Shown piece by piece: positions 36,955 through 45,839 of a stretch of 64,000 bases of DNA. Under the pieces are notes generated by a model, which did no database searches, was not told the origin of the DNA, and was given only the letters and a program-made list of their open reading frames with translations. Source of the DNA: a virus; the IMG/VR virus record IMGVR_UViG_3300047496_000382; one strand, 5' to 3'. The number at the start of each line of letters is the position of its first letter. The stretch's first letter is position 1. The position numbers were made by a program, and so were the translations under genes.

Positions 36955-39018
36955 ATGGCTTGGAACATAGAGCTACCATCTGCCCACTGGTTCGACCTGG
37001 GCAGCGAAGGCCTCGATGGTCTCATTCGTGAGGTGATGGACCAGCCCGTAGTGGCCATCGACACCGAGACTACAGGTCTGTCGATTCACGCGGATGAGCC
37101 CCTCTTCTGGTCACTCTCCTGGGACGAGACGCGCGTGTGCATGCCGGTGTCCACGATGCCGCTCTTTCGTCGTGCCTTCGCCGACACCAACAAGGCCTGG
37201 GTCCTGGCAAACGCGAAGTTCGACATGCACATGCTGGCGAACAACCGCGCCGAGAGCATGGAGCTCGCAGGGCACGTCTACGACATCTCCGTGATGCACG
37301 CGCTGCTGTACGAAGAGGACTCGCACGCGCTCAAGGACATGGCCAAGCAGGTGCTGGGTTGGCGGTGGTCCGACTTCTTCGACACCTTCAAGCCTCAGAT
37401 GGTCGTCGACTCTTCCAAGCACAACCGCGTGGTGTCGCGTCCCGGCAAGCCGGATGAAATCATCATCCCGCAACGGCGCGAGTCCGTCGGCGAGATGCTC
37501 CATCGCGCACACCAGACCAACTTGCCCCTCCTGGTCGAGTACGCCTCGAACGACGCGTACGGCACGATGAAGCTCTTCGAAGCGCTCAAGAAGAAGCTCG
37601 AGGCGACGAACGTCTACAGCCTGTATCCGCAGTGGCTGGCGACGATGTCCGACGTCTTCTTCAAGACAGAGGCGCCCTTCACGCGCGTCCTGTGGGAGTG
37701 CGAGCGCAACGGCGTGTACGTCAATCGGGCGTATATGGAGAGCCTGCGCGGTCCGATGGGCGCAGAGGTAAATGACCTCAACCGTGAGATGGTATTTCTC
37801 TCGGGCAACCCCCTCTTCAACTCGAACTCCAGACAGCACCTCTGTGATTACTTCATCACGAAGAAGGGGCTGCGCCCGCTGACGTCCACGAAGGGCGGCG
37901 CGACCGGCATCAAGCAACCCTCCATCGACAAGGGCTTCCTCGAACACTACGAGCACGAAGAGCCGATGGCAGCGTTGATGCTGCGCCACCGCAAGCTCTC
38001 GAAGCTCATCGGCACGTACATCGACGGAGCGAACAAGCACTACGACTCCCGCGGTCGAATCCACACGCGCTTCAACCAAGACGTCGCACGCACTGGACGC
38101 CTCTCGAGCTCCGACCCGAACCTCCAGAACATCCCGCAGCCGGACAAGGACAAGTTCAAGCTGCGCGGGGGCTTCCAGGCAGAAGACGGGAACATGCTCA
38201 TCGTCGGCGACTACGAGCAGCTCGAGATGCGACTGCTGGCCTGCGCGACGGTGACAGACAAGAACCCCGAGGGTGCTCGGGACATGATTCAGCTCTTCTT
38301 GGACGGCAAAGACATCCACATAGGCAACGCCGCGATGGTGTTCGGCCCGCTCTACAAGAAGCAGTACGACTTCGACTTGACCTACGAATTCATCAAAGAG
38401 GCGAAGAAAATCGATGGGCAGGTCAAGGACGGCAAGCTCTCGAAGGAGGCCAAGACGCGGCTGCACGAGCTCGCGCTCGAAGCACGCAATCGCATCAAGT
38501 CTGTCGCCTTCGGCATGAACTACGGCCTGAAGGAGAACAAGCTCGCGCGGCAGCTGGGCATCACGAAGGACGAAGCGCTCGCCATCATGAGTGCCTACCT
38601 CGAGACCTACCCGGCAGTGCAGCAGTTCTACGACGACGCCATCGGGGAGACGCGCGAGACCGGCTACTCCTTCACGCTCCTCGGCCGCCGACGCTTCCAC
38701 CCAGCCATCAACTCGCACAACAACATGGACCGCTGGAGCGAAGAGCGAAAGGCGGTGAACAACCAGATTCAAGGGACTGCCGCTGACGCCGTTCGCCTGG
38801 CGATGCTCGCCTGCCACAGCGCCAAGCTCGACTACCTCTACGGCTGCAAGATGCTCATGCAGGTGCACGACGAGCTCATGTTCGAGTGCCCGGAGGAGAC
38901 TGCCCAGGAGGCGCGCGCGCACATCAAGCACATCATGGAGCACCCCTTCCCGACGGAGCTCGCCGTGCCGCTCGACGTCTCCATCGGTATCGGCAAGTCC
39001 TGGAACACGGCCAAATGA
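36955..39018 (+). CDS. polA: DNA polymerase family A (3'-5' exonuclease plus polymerase, no 5'-3' nuclease domain)
   Basis: DTETTG, NAKFD, RTGRLSSSDPNLQNIP, DYEQLEMR, KSVAFGMNYG, NQIQGTAAD and QVHDEL. Confidence 0.96.
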   Translation: MAWNIELPSAHWFDLGSEGLDGLIREVMDQPVVAIDTETTGLSIHADEPLFWSLSWDETRVCMPVSTMPLFRRAFADTNKAWVLANAKFDMHMLANNRAESMELAGHVYDISVMHALLYEEDSHALKDMAKQVLGWRWSDFFDTFKPQMVVDSSKHNRVVSRPGKPDEIIIPQRRESVGEMLHRAHQTNLPLLVEYASNDAYGTMKLFEALKKKLEATNVYSLYPQWLATMSDVFFKTEAPFTRVLWECERNGVYVNRAYMESLRGPMGAEVNDLNREMVFLSGNPLFNSNSRQHLCDYFITKKGLRPLTSTKGGATGIKQPSIDKGFLEHYEHEEPMAALMLRHRKLSKLIGTYIDGANKHYDSRGRIHTRFNQDVARTGRLSSSDPNLQNIPQPDKDKFKLRGGFQAEDGNMLIVGDYEQLEMRLLACATVTDKNPEGARDMIQLFLDGKDIHIGNAAMVFGPLYKKQYDFDLTYEFIKEAKKIDGQVKDGKLSKEAKTRLHELALEARNRIKSVAFGMNYGLKENKLARQLGITKDEALAIMSAYLETYPAVQQFYDDAIGETRETGYSFTLLGRRRFHPAINSHNNMDRWSEERKAVNNQIQGTAADAVRLAMLACHSAKLDYLYGCKMLMQVHDELMFECPEETAQEARAHIKHIMEHPFPTELAVPLDVSIGIGKSWNTAK

Positions 39019-39377
39019 ACAAGAAGACGGTGGCTCGTCTCAAGAGCGACCTCGACGCGCGCACCGCAAGCCAGCTCGGCTTCAGCGCCAAGCATGTTGG
39101 TGCCATCACGCACGCGTTTCTCTACGAAGTGATTCGGGCCTTGGCCGAGGGAGACGCAGTTCATCTCCGCGGCCTCGGCACGGTCTACGCGACCATCCGA
39201 ACGAAGAAGACGTACGAGGCGAACTTGCTACGCGGAGCGAACGCACCGCCGCCGGCAACTCCAACGCGCCTCCGTACGCAGGTCTACCTCACGATGAAGA
39301 AGGGACCCGCCCTGACCGCGGCCATCAGGCAACGGTACGGGCTCAACAAGAAGAAGGGAGTGCGCGATGTCGATTGA
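39015..39377 (+). CDS. HU/IHF-like DNA-binding protein
   Basis: Start moved to MNKKTV; IRALAEGDAVHLRGLGTV...KGPALTAAI matches the HU fold pattern. Confidence 0.7.
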   Translation: MNKKTVARLKSDLDARTASQLGFSAKHVGAITHAFLYEVIRALAEGDAVHLRGLGTVYATIRTKKTYEANLLRGANAPPPATPTRLRTQVYLTMKKGPALTAAIRQRYGLNKKKGVRDVD

Positions 39378-39540
39378 CAAGTTCGCAGTAGACGAGGGCA
39401 CGGACGACGAACAGCTTGCAAAGCTGGCGTCACAGGGCTGCCCGAAGTGCGGCAAGCCGCCGGTGAGGCAGGGCCGCGTGCTGCTCTGTCCGGTGCACGG
39501 CTCGGAGCCCTTCGAGCAAGCAACGAAGTCCACCAAGTAG
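39367..39540 (+). CDS. Small Zn-ribbon protein (57 aa)
   Basis: Below the track cutoff. MSIDKFAVDEGTDDEQLAKLASQGCPKCGKPPVRQGRVLLCPVHGSEPFEQATKSTK. Confidence 0.65.
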   Translation: MSIDKFAVDEGTDDEQLAKLASQGCPKCGKPPVRQGRVLLCPVHGSEPFEQATKSTK

Positions 39541-39574
39541 CTCAACCACCCTCTACGCCAGCCACAGGAACACC

Positions 39575-40855
39575 ATGTCCAAGCCGACACTCGCAGAAAT
39601 CAACAAGAAGGTCGCCGCGCTCGAGACGAAGATGAACCGCAACCCCGAGGTGAAGGGCGCGCAGGTGATGGTAGACATCCACGAGGCGCCCAACACCTAC
39701 TTCCTCCGGCGTCCGTCAGGCGTGATGTCGCTGGACATCGACACCGGCGGAGGTCTCCCGAGCGGAGGCCTCACGTACCTCTCCGGTCCTGATGGCGCCG
39801 GCAAGACGTTCCTCCTCTACAAGTACATGGCGCTAAACCAGAAGCTCTACGGCAACGCGTCCGTGGTCGCTCTGGGTGTCAGCGAGGCGGCACCAGACCA
39901 CTTCTTCATGCGCAAATGCGGGATGCAGATTGCAATCCCCGAGGACATGATTGAGGAGCGCGTCACCGAGCGGAAACTGCGGGGGTGGCCGCCGTTCTCG
40001 AAGGACGAGCTGAAGAGCTTCCGCGCCAAGACCGTAGGGCGCGTGATGCTGCTTCGTGGTGCCAACGGCGAAGAGCTGCTCGGCGCACTGCTCGACTGCT
40101 TCGAAAGCAAGGCGTTCGACATCTGCGGACTCGACTCCGTCTCCGCCGTTCTTCCCGAGGCCGACGCAGGCAAGGACCTGGACGAAGGCGCCAAGCGTGC
40201 CGCGGCGGCGAGCATGCTCACGCGTTTCTTCCAGCACTACCTCAACGGCACGACCGGGTACTACGGCGTCAACCCGACGACCGTGATTTTCACCTCGCAG
40301 GTGCGCGCCAACGCCAAGAAGGCCGAGGCCCTACCGCACATCCAGAAGTACCTCCCCGACTACGCTCCCGTCGGCGCGTGGGCCGCGAAGCACGGCAAGC
40401 TCATCGACATCCTCATCAAGCCGGGGAGCAAGGAGAAGGAGTCGGTCAACGTCACCGGCGGCGCGCTCAGCGAGGAGAAGCGCACGCGCAGGGTCCAGGT
40501 CGGCAAGAGCGTCGTCTACGAGGTGCTGAAGGGGAAGGCCGGGCTCCACGAGGGCATCACCGGCGAATTCGACTTCCACTTCCCTGCCAACCCTGCCGAA
40601 CGCAACGACCCGAACATCCCGCTCACGTTCGACCAACGCGGTGTCATCGTCGCTGGCATCCAATCCGGCGTCATCCGCGAAGACAGCGCGGGCGTGACCG
40701 TCCTCCACCCCTTCTCTGGAGAGCCGTACCCCGAGCTGGCGAACCTCGCCGGCACCGAGATGCTCGCCGGGATGATGCTGCAAGATTTCGAGCTCGAGCT
40801 GCTAGTCCGCCGTGCGGTGCTGAGCGCGCGGGGTATCGAGTGCGCCTATCGCTGA
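39575..40855 (+). CDS. recA: RecA/UvsX-like recombinase
   Basis: PSGVMSLDIDTGGGLP, SGPDGAGKT, LDSVSAVLP, FTSQVR and GAWAAKH. Confidence 0.85.
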   Translation: MSKPTLAEINKKVAALETKMNRNPEVKGAQVMVDIHEAPNTYFLRRPSGVMSLDIDTGGGLPSGGLTYLSGPDGAGKTFLLYKYMALNQKLYGNASVVALGVSEAAPDHFFMRKCGMQIAIPEDMIEERVTERKLRGWPPFSKDELKSFRAKTVGRVMLLRGANGEELLGALLDCFESKAFDICGLDSVSAVLPEADAGKDLDEGAKRAAAASMLTRFFQHYLNGTTGYYGVNPTTVIFTSQVRANAKKAEALPHIQKYLPDYAPVGAWAAKHGKLIDILIKPGSKEKESVNVTGGALSEEKRTRRVQVGKSVVYEVLKGKAGLHEGITGEFDFHFPANPAERNDPNIPLTFDQRGVIVAGIQSGVIREDSAGVTVLHPFSGEPYPELANLAGTEMLAGMMLQDFELELLVRRAVLSARGIECAYR

Positions 40856-41397
40856 CGGTTGAACAGACCCAGGAGCCCTGCGCCGTGTGCGGGACTCCTG
40901 GGGGTCTCTTGTTCGCTTTCGTCGTCGGGGGGCACGCTGGACAGGCTGAGCGCCTATGCGCGCGCTGTCTCTCACGACCCGGAGGCAACGCTCTCGACGT
41001 CGAGCTCGAGCCCCTCGTAACCGGACCCTTGCCGCGTCGCAAAGCTCTCCGAAAGAACCAACGCCTGTCACTAAAGCAGGAGCTGGAACTGGCAGAAGAG
41101 CTTGGGATGCAAAGGCAACCTGGGTCAGGCAACCAGGACAGCGCGAAGAGCGACCTCCGCCTCAAGAACGTCGCCCGCTACGAAGCCAAGTTCACGTACG
41201 CCAACTCGTTCTCCTTGCAGCTCGACGAGCTCTACAAGCTGAACGGCGAACTCCAAGGAGCCGAGCGTCCCGCCTTCATCATCGACTTCCGTGAACGTGG
41301 GTCGAAGTCCCTGCGCGACCGATTTGTGGTCGTACCGTTCGAAGACTTCAAGGAGCTACATGCCGCTCGCGTCAATCGCAGACCTCAACGGGCCTGA
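40840..41397 (+). CDS. Hjc-like PD-(D/E)XK Holliday junction resolvase with N-terminal Zn finger
   Basis: GTG start at 40840; CAVC..CARC, then QELELAEELG...PGSG...SDL...YEAK. Confidence 0.65.
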   Translation: MRLSLTVEQTQEPCAVCGTPGGLLFAFVVGGHAGQAERLCARCLSRPGGNALDVELEPLVTGPLPRRKALRKNQRLSLKQELELAEELGMQRQPGSGNQDSAKSDLRLKNVARYEAKFTYANSFSLQLDELYKLNGELQGAERPAFIIDFRERGSKSLRDRFVVVPFEDFKELHAARVNRRPQRA

Positions 41398-42226
41398 AGA
41401 CGAAATCATCCGAAGAGTGAACCAGGCCAAGCGTCTCTCCGCGATGTACGACGAGTTCGTCGTCGAGGACACCGACGACAAGTACCGGCCCCCGGGCATC
41501 CACGCCTCTGAGCTCTACCCCTGCATGCGCAAGTCGGTGTACTCGCTGCTTGACTACCCGAAGAACGGGCGCGTTCCGAAGTTCTGGAAGCAGAAGTTCA
41601 AGGTCGGGCACGCCCTGCACAAGATGATGCAGGACGACTTCCACAAGATGGCCAAGCACATGGCCAAGCAGGATGCCCTCGGTCTCGCGCGAGAGTTCGC
41701 GGAGAAAGAGGGACTCGTCATGGAATTCCAAGACGAGGTCCCCTGCGGCCCGGAGCACCAGGCACTCGCAGCACACTACAACATCCAGTCCTCCGCAGAC
41801 GGTGTGTTCACCTTCCGCGAGCGCACAACCGGACTGGTGGTGCTGCGCATTGGTCTTGAAATCAAGAGCGAGGCGCCTGACGGCTTCAAGGACCTGAAGG
41901 CCCCGAAGTCCGAGCACGTACGGCAGGTCCACCTCTACATGGCCTGTCTCGACCTGCCGTTGATGTGGTTCTTCTACTTGAACAAGGGGAACAACAACAA
42001 CACGAACTCGGAGGCACCCTGGCTCATACACTTCCAACCTGCTGTCTGGCGCGAAGTGGAAGCGCGTATCCAAGAAGTGCACGGCTTCGCTGCCCGCAAC
42101 GAGCTGCCGGAGCGTGTAGAAACCATCATCTGCGAGTTCTGCCCGTGGGCGCACGTCTGCCAGCCGCGCGCGCTGCTCAACGCGCAGAAGGCACAAAAAC
42201 CACTGACCCTTCGCGTAAACAGGTGA
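41360..42226 (+). CDS. Cas4-like PD-(D/E)XK exonuclease (Fe-S)
   Basis: Start MPLAS behind RBS AAGGAG; IHASELYPC, GHALH, ADG..LEIKS, QVHLY and CEFCPWAHVC. Confidence 0.82.
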   Translation: MPLASIADLNGPEDEIIRRVNQAKRLSAMYDEFVVEDTDDKYRPPGIHASELYPCMRKSVYSLLDYPKNGRVPKFWKQKFKVGHALHKMMQDDFHKMAKHMAKQDALGLAREFAEKEGLVMEFQDEVPCGPEHQALAAHYNIQSSADGVFTFRERTTGLVVLRIGLEIKSEAPDGFKDLKAPKSEHVRQVHLYMACLDLPLMWFFYLNKGNNNNTNSEAPWLIHFQPAVWREVEARIQEVHGFAARNELPERVETIICEFCPWAHVCQPRALLNAQKAQKPLTLRVNR

Positions 42227-42229
42227 CCC

Positions 42230-42865
42230 ATGCGTGAACCCCAAGTTGGCGGTCTCGCTCTACCCAAAGACGTCGGCATCGGCGAAGCAGACACGACCGC
42301 CATCCAAAACCACTGGCACACCATCGACCGCGTCAACGCATGGCTGGCGTCCAAGGGAATGAAGCCCGCCGTCGAGCCGGATGTCGCGTGTCCAGAGGTC
42401 ACGACGGAGGCGTTGCTCGCGCCCGACATCAAGACGTACACGACCGTCTTCGCGGCGCAGCTGCGCTGGTACAACTACTCTGTTCGCCTTCTGGCCGACA
42501 TTCGCTCGATACTGCTCCAGGTTCGCAACGAGATGGAAGACATCGCCATCAAGAAGCGAACCGGCTTTCGCGAGTACAACAAGACCGCAGCGAAGAACGA
42601 GAAGATGACGGCCTCCGAGATGGAGGACGACATTGGCATGGACCCGCGCTACCGCGCGCTGCGCCTGGAAGAGCAAGAGTACGAACAGAACCGCATCAAG
42701 CTCGATGCGTGGGTCGAGAGCCTGGACCGCAACCTGAAGACCGTCTCGCGCCAAATCGAGAACCGCAAAGCCGAGAGTGAGGGCGGCAACCGAGAAGGCA
42801 ACATGGGACGCGGTGGTGGTCAGGGAGGCCAGAATGACGGGCGCTGGCGAGGGGGAGGTCGCTGA
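42230..42865 (+). CDS. Hypothetical coiled-coil protein, possibly a UvsY-like mediator
   Basis: 211 aa, helical with a Gly/Arg tail, inside the recombination cluster. The function is inferred from context. Confidence 0.5.
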   Translation: MREPQVGGLALPKDVGIGEADTTAIQNHWHTIDRVNAWLASKGMKPAVEPDVACPEVTTEALLAPDIKTYTTVFAAQLRWYNYSVRLLADIRSILLQVRNEMEDIAIKKRTGFREYNKTAAKNEKMTASEMEDDIGMDPRYRALRLEEQEYEQNRIKLDAWVESLDRNLKTVSRQIENRKAESEGGNREGNMGRGGGQGGQNDGRWRGGGR

Positions 42866-43338
42866 TGATTCGGCTCGAGCTTCCGTACTTGCCACCCACC
42901 TCGAACAACGCCTACGAGAACGTCCCGAAGAAGCGACTGCGCAGCGGTCAAATGGTCGGTGGCGGTCGGCGCTTGACCACCGAGGGCACCAAGTTCTTGA
43001 CGGAAACGAAGACACTCATCGCGAGCAAGTTCACTCGGGAGATGCTGTTCTTCAAGCCCAACGTCCCGTACCTGGTTGTCATCCGCTTCTTCTGCCCCGA
43101 CATCGAGAACAAGGGGTGGGCGCAGGGAAAGGCGGAAAACAGGTACAAGAAGTTTGATGGAGGCAATCTGACAAAACTCCTAGAGGACGCGCTCAAGGAC
43201 GTGGGTGGCATCGACGACTCACAAACCTTGCGGTCCTTCTGGGAGAAAGTACAAGGGGCTCCACGAACAGTCCTCTGGGTTTTCAACCTCGAGGAGGAAG
43301 CGACGCCTTTCGATGAACCTCTCCGAGCTCTTAGCTGA
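42865..43338 (+). CDS. rusA: RusA-family Holliday junction resolvase
   Basis: LPYLPPTSNNAY and DGGNLTKLLEDALKDVGGIDDSQ. Confidence 0.8.
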   Translation: MIRLELPYLPPTSNNAYENVPKKRLRSGQMVGGGRRLTTEGTKFLTETKTLIASKFTREMLFFKPNVPYLVVIRFFCPDIENKGWAQGKAENRYKKFDGGNLTKLLEDALKDVGGIDDSQTLRSFWEKVQGAPRTVLWVFNLEEEATPFDEPLRALS

Positions 43339-43657
43339 ATACAACCACACGGAGCTCTACCAGCTAGCGCGCCGCAGTGACTTGCCCGTCAAGCCGAACA
43401 TGAGCCGCGAGGCGCTCATCCAGGCAGTCCTGGGAGAGATTGAGCTCTCAAACACCCCGCATCCGCTCGATGACTGGCGCCTCGCCATCATGCGGTTTCT
43501 CATCGACCACCGCCGCGTCGTCGAGAGCCAGCTGACCTGCCCCGCCAAGTCGATGGACCCGCGAGCTTGCTTCAACTGCGTCGACCCGCAGGTCATCAGT
43601 TGTCTCGTTGGACAGGAGAAACACGTACATCTCATCGAACTCCGCAAGAAGAAGTGA
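43313..43657 (+). CDS. Small protein with N-terminal SAP/Rho_N-like helices and C-terminal Cys cluster
   Basis: Start moved to MNLSELL; ELYQLARR...SREALIQAV and CPAK..CFNC..C. Confidence 0.55.
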   Translation: MNLSELLAEYNHTELYQLARRSDLPVKPNMSREALIQAVLGEIELSNTPHPLDDWRLAIMRFLIDHRRVVESQLTCPAKSMDPRACFNCVDPQVISCLVGQEKHVHLIELRKKK

Positions 43658-43683
43658 ACGAAGGACCACAGGAGAAATTGGAC

Positions 43684-44457
43684 ATGGCTGACTCGGTAGT
43701 GACCCCGCAATCTGCACCGCGTGACCTCGACGCCCTCGCCGCACTGACGCCGTTCGTGCAGCGCATGCTGATGCAGAAGCTCGGCGCGATGGCGACGCCG
43801 GAAGAGAACAAGGCCTGGCTCGAGATGACGGGCAACGACGAGCCCAAGCGACGGGTGCGCGCCCAACGCGTGCTTCAGGCGCTCCAGAAGTTCGACGCGG
43901 AGAACGGCGTCGTTCCCAATGCAACGGCGCCCGCGATGGTGCAGACACAACAACCCGTCGGAGCTGCCCCCGGTTCGCCGCCAGCGGTCTCCTCGGAAGG
44001 TCTTGCTGCAGCAGCCGCCGGCGCTACCGGCACCAAGATGCAGACCGCGCGCACGCCACGTACACCTGCGGCGCCGGCCAGCGCAGAAACCAAAGCGCCA
44101 GGCGACCTGGGTGTCGAGGTCATCAACCTCCTCACGCGTCTCCTTGGAGACGTCGGCACCATCACTCCGCAAGTGAATGCGCAGGCCGACAAGCTCTTCG
44201 CACTGGTCGGCAACCACGAGAAGCAGCAAGGCGCCGTTCTCGACAAGCAGCACGCCGAGCTCATCGTCGCGCTCAAGGACGTCTCGGCTGCGCTCCAGTC
44301 GAACACCCAAATCAGCATGTGGCTTCTCTGCATGCTGCAGCAGTCCATCGCCACGACAAACGGCGTCACCCCGCGCGACGTGCTCGAGATGGCCATCGCC
44401 GATGCGGCGGCCTTCCAAGGCCAGGTGCGCGAGCTCACCGGCGCGGGAAAAGGCTAG
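43684..44457 (+). CDS. Hypothetical protein (Ala/Pro linker plus coiled coil)
   Basis: Start moved to MADSVV behind RBS AGGAG. Confidence 0.6.
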   Translation: MADSVVTPQSAPRDLDALAALTPFVQRMLMQKLGAMATPEENKAWLEMTGNDEPKRRVRAQRVLQALQKFDAENGVVPNATAPAMVQTQQPVGAAPGSPPAVSSEGLAAAAAGATGTKMQTARTPRTPAAPASAETKAPGDLGVEVINLLTRLLGDVGTITPQVNAQADKLFALVGNHEKQQGAVLDKQHAELIVALKDVSAALQSNTQISMWLLCMLQQSIATTNGVTPRDVLEMAIADAAAFQGQVRELTGAGKG

Positions 44458-44513
44458 GCGGCGTCTCCGCGGGTCAGTGGCCGTGCACCACGCTGCCAAC
44501 CCCGGCTGACCTG

Positions 44514-44660
44514 ATGGACATCAAGGAAGAGTGGCTGATATCTGCGAGCAACGGGTCCATCCTGTCGCTCGCAGAACAGGCTGGTCTCCTGGTGCTCGAG
44601 GAGGCACACGACCCGCAGCTCGTTCGCGAGCGACTTCGACGCAGCGTCTACACGGGATGA
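44514..44660 (+). CDS. Small hypothetical protein (48 aa)
   Basis: MDIKEEWLIS...; last ORF before the terminator; start uncertain. Confidence 0.35.
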   Translation: MDIKEEWLISASNGSILSLAEQAGLLVLEEAHDPQLVRERLRRSVYTG

Positions 44661-44705
44661 AGAAGGCCCTCGCCGCAAGGCGGGGGCTCTTCTTTTCTAG
44701 CTACT
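44659..44705 (+). terminator. Intrinsic terminator (GCAA loop) with CTAGCTACT tail
   Basis: GAAGAAGGCCCTCGCC-GCAA-GGCGGGGGCTCTTC then TTTTCTAGCTACT. Confidence 0.8.
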
Positions 44706-45024
44706 TGCTCATTGTGCAGAGCTGCGTGAACGCGCTGGCATCCTCCGCCGCGAGGAAAGTTGTCACCGCTGCTGTCGCGCCAAAGACGAGGGCAGTGAGA
44801 CCGAGACCGAGCTGGACGCTGCGGTTGTCTCCGAAGGCTGCCGACAGCCCACCGACACCACTGAGGGCACCGCTGCCGGCTCCAAGCGCTCCGTAGGTCA
44901 TGTGCGCATCGGAGAGGTGCTGGCACTCCGGGTCTACCGGCGTGCTGCGTGAAGCCATCGACGATGCCGGCATGAGAGGGGTGCACGCAGACAGGAGCAG
45001 CACGAGCGGCAGCAGCTTCTTCAT
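44701..45024 (-). CDS. Lipoprotein with C-terminal hydrophobic helix (possible unimolecular spanin or exclusion protein)
   Basis: MKKLLPLVLLLSA-C lipobox, Gly-rich hydrophobic segment and C-terminal LGLGLTALVFGATAAVTTFLA. Confidence 0.65.
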   Translation of the reverse strand: MKKLLPLVLLLSACTPLMPASSMASRSTPVDPECQHLSDAHMTYGALGAGSGALSGVGGLSAAFGDNRSVQLGLGLTALVFGATAAVTTFLAAEDASAFTQLCTMSK

Positions 45025-45032
45025 CGGAGCAG

Positions 45033-45075
45033 AGTAGCTAGAAAAACAAGAGAGGGGACCTCTCGGCCCCCTCCC
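45033..45075 (-). terminator. Intrinsic terminator (GAGA loop) with CTAGCTACT tail
   Basis: On the minus strand: GGGAGGGGGCC-GAGA-GGTCCCCTCTC then TTGTTTTTCTAGCTACT. Confidence 0.8.
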
Positions 45076-45080
45076 TGGTG

Positions 45081-45281
45081 TCAGTGCGTGTCGATGGCGT
45101 GCTGGAGAGCGTCAAGTCCGTCTCCGAGCACCACCTTCCCTGCATGGTCGAGCTTCTGGAGATGCGGAGAGAGCACGATGACCGCGAGCTTCAGTCCCGC
45201 GCGCACTCCCTCCGCGTACTTCTCCTTGAGCACGTCCGCGGCCGTCGATGCCAGGTCCTTCTTCATCTCTTCTTCGGGCAT
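45081..45281 (-). CDS. Hypothetical protein (66 aa)
   Basis: RBS GGAG and followed by a terminator. Confidence 0.55.
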   Translation of the reverse strand: MPEEEMKKDLASTAADVLKEKYAEGVRAGLKLAVIVLSPHLQKLDHAGKVVLGDGLDALQHAIDTH

Positions 45282-45832
45282 GGACTCTCCTTGGTCATAC
45301 GGTCCATCCAGTCCGCGATGTGTCGATGCTCTTCTGCCGTACCGGAGTTCTTGAGCGTGTTCGCGCGCAGCGAGATGACGGCCACATTGCCGGGCACGTA
45401 CCCGCGCTCTGGAACGAGGCGGTCAAGAGAGGGACTGTTATCGTGCCGCTTCCGGGTCCCCTTCGCAAGACGGATTCCCAGTACAGGGCAGTGCGTTGGA
45501 ACCACGAGGTCTTCGAACACTAGAGTAAACGCAAGTCCTTTTCGTACGGCCCTGCGGCGTGCGGCCGTAAACGAGTACTTCAGTGCATTTTTCGCGTAGT
45601 AGGCTGCAGACCGTGCCTTCTCCGTCGAAGCGTTTTGTCGGTAGTATCGACGTTTACGGGCCTTTGCCTGCGCAGGCTTGTCCGCCTCATAGCGCTTCTG
45701 TTTCGCGCGTACCGCCTCTGGATGGGTAGCTGCGTAGTGCTTGTCATACGCACGCCGACAGGCACGGCACCAGTTCTTTCCCGGTGCCGTGCCTGTCGGC
45801 GTTCCTGCCGGCGCTTCTGACAGGTACGACAC
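45263..45832 (-). CDS. HNH-type homing endonuclease
   Basis: CRAC N-terminal helix; CPVLG...SPSLDRLVPERGYVPGNVAVISLRANTLKN. Confidence 0.85.
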   Translation of the reverse strand: MSYLSEAPAGTPTGTAPGKNWCRACRRAYDKHYAATHPEAVRAKQKRYEADKPAQAKARKRRYYRQNASTEKARSAAYYAKNALKYSFTAARRRAVRKGLAFTLVFEDLVVPTHCPVLGIRLAKGTRKRHDNSPSLDRLVPERGYVPGNVAVISLRANTLKNSGTAEEHRHIADWMDRMTKESPCPKKR

Positions 45833-45839
45833 ACGAACA

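Noticed and set aside
37111-38943. 610-aa minus-strand ORF
   Set aside because: Antisense to polA with no recognisable motifs.
39985-40839. Apparent 470-aa ORF overlapping recA
   Set aside because: Only the part from the GTG at 40840 looks coding; the rest is an alternate frame of recA.
41360-42226. Cas4-like gene as a sign of CRISPR-Cas
   Set aside because: No repeat-spacer array or other cas genes in the window; solo Cas4-like nucleases are common in phage recombination modules.
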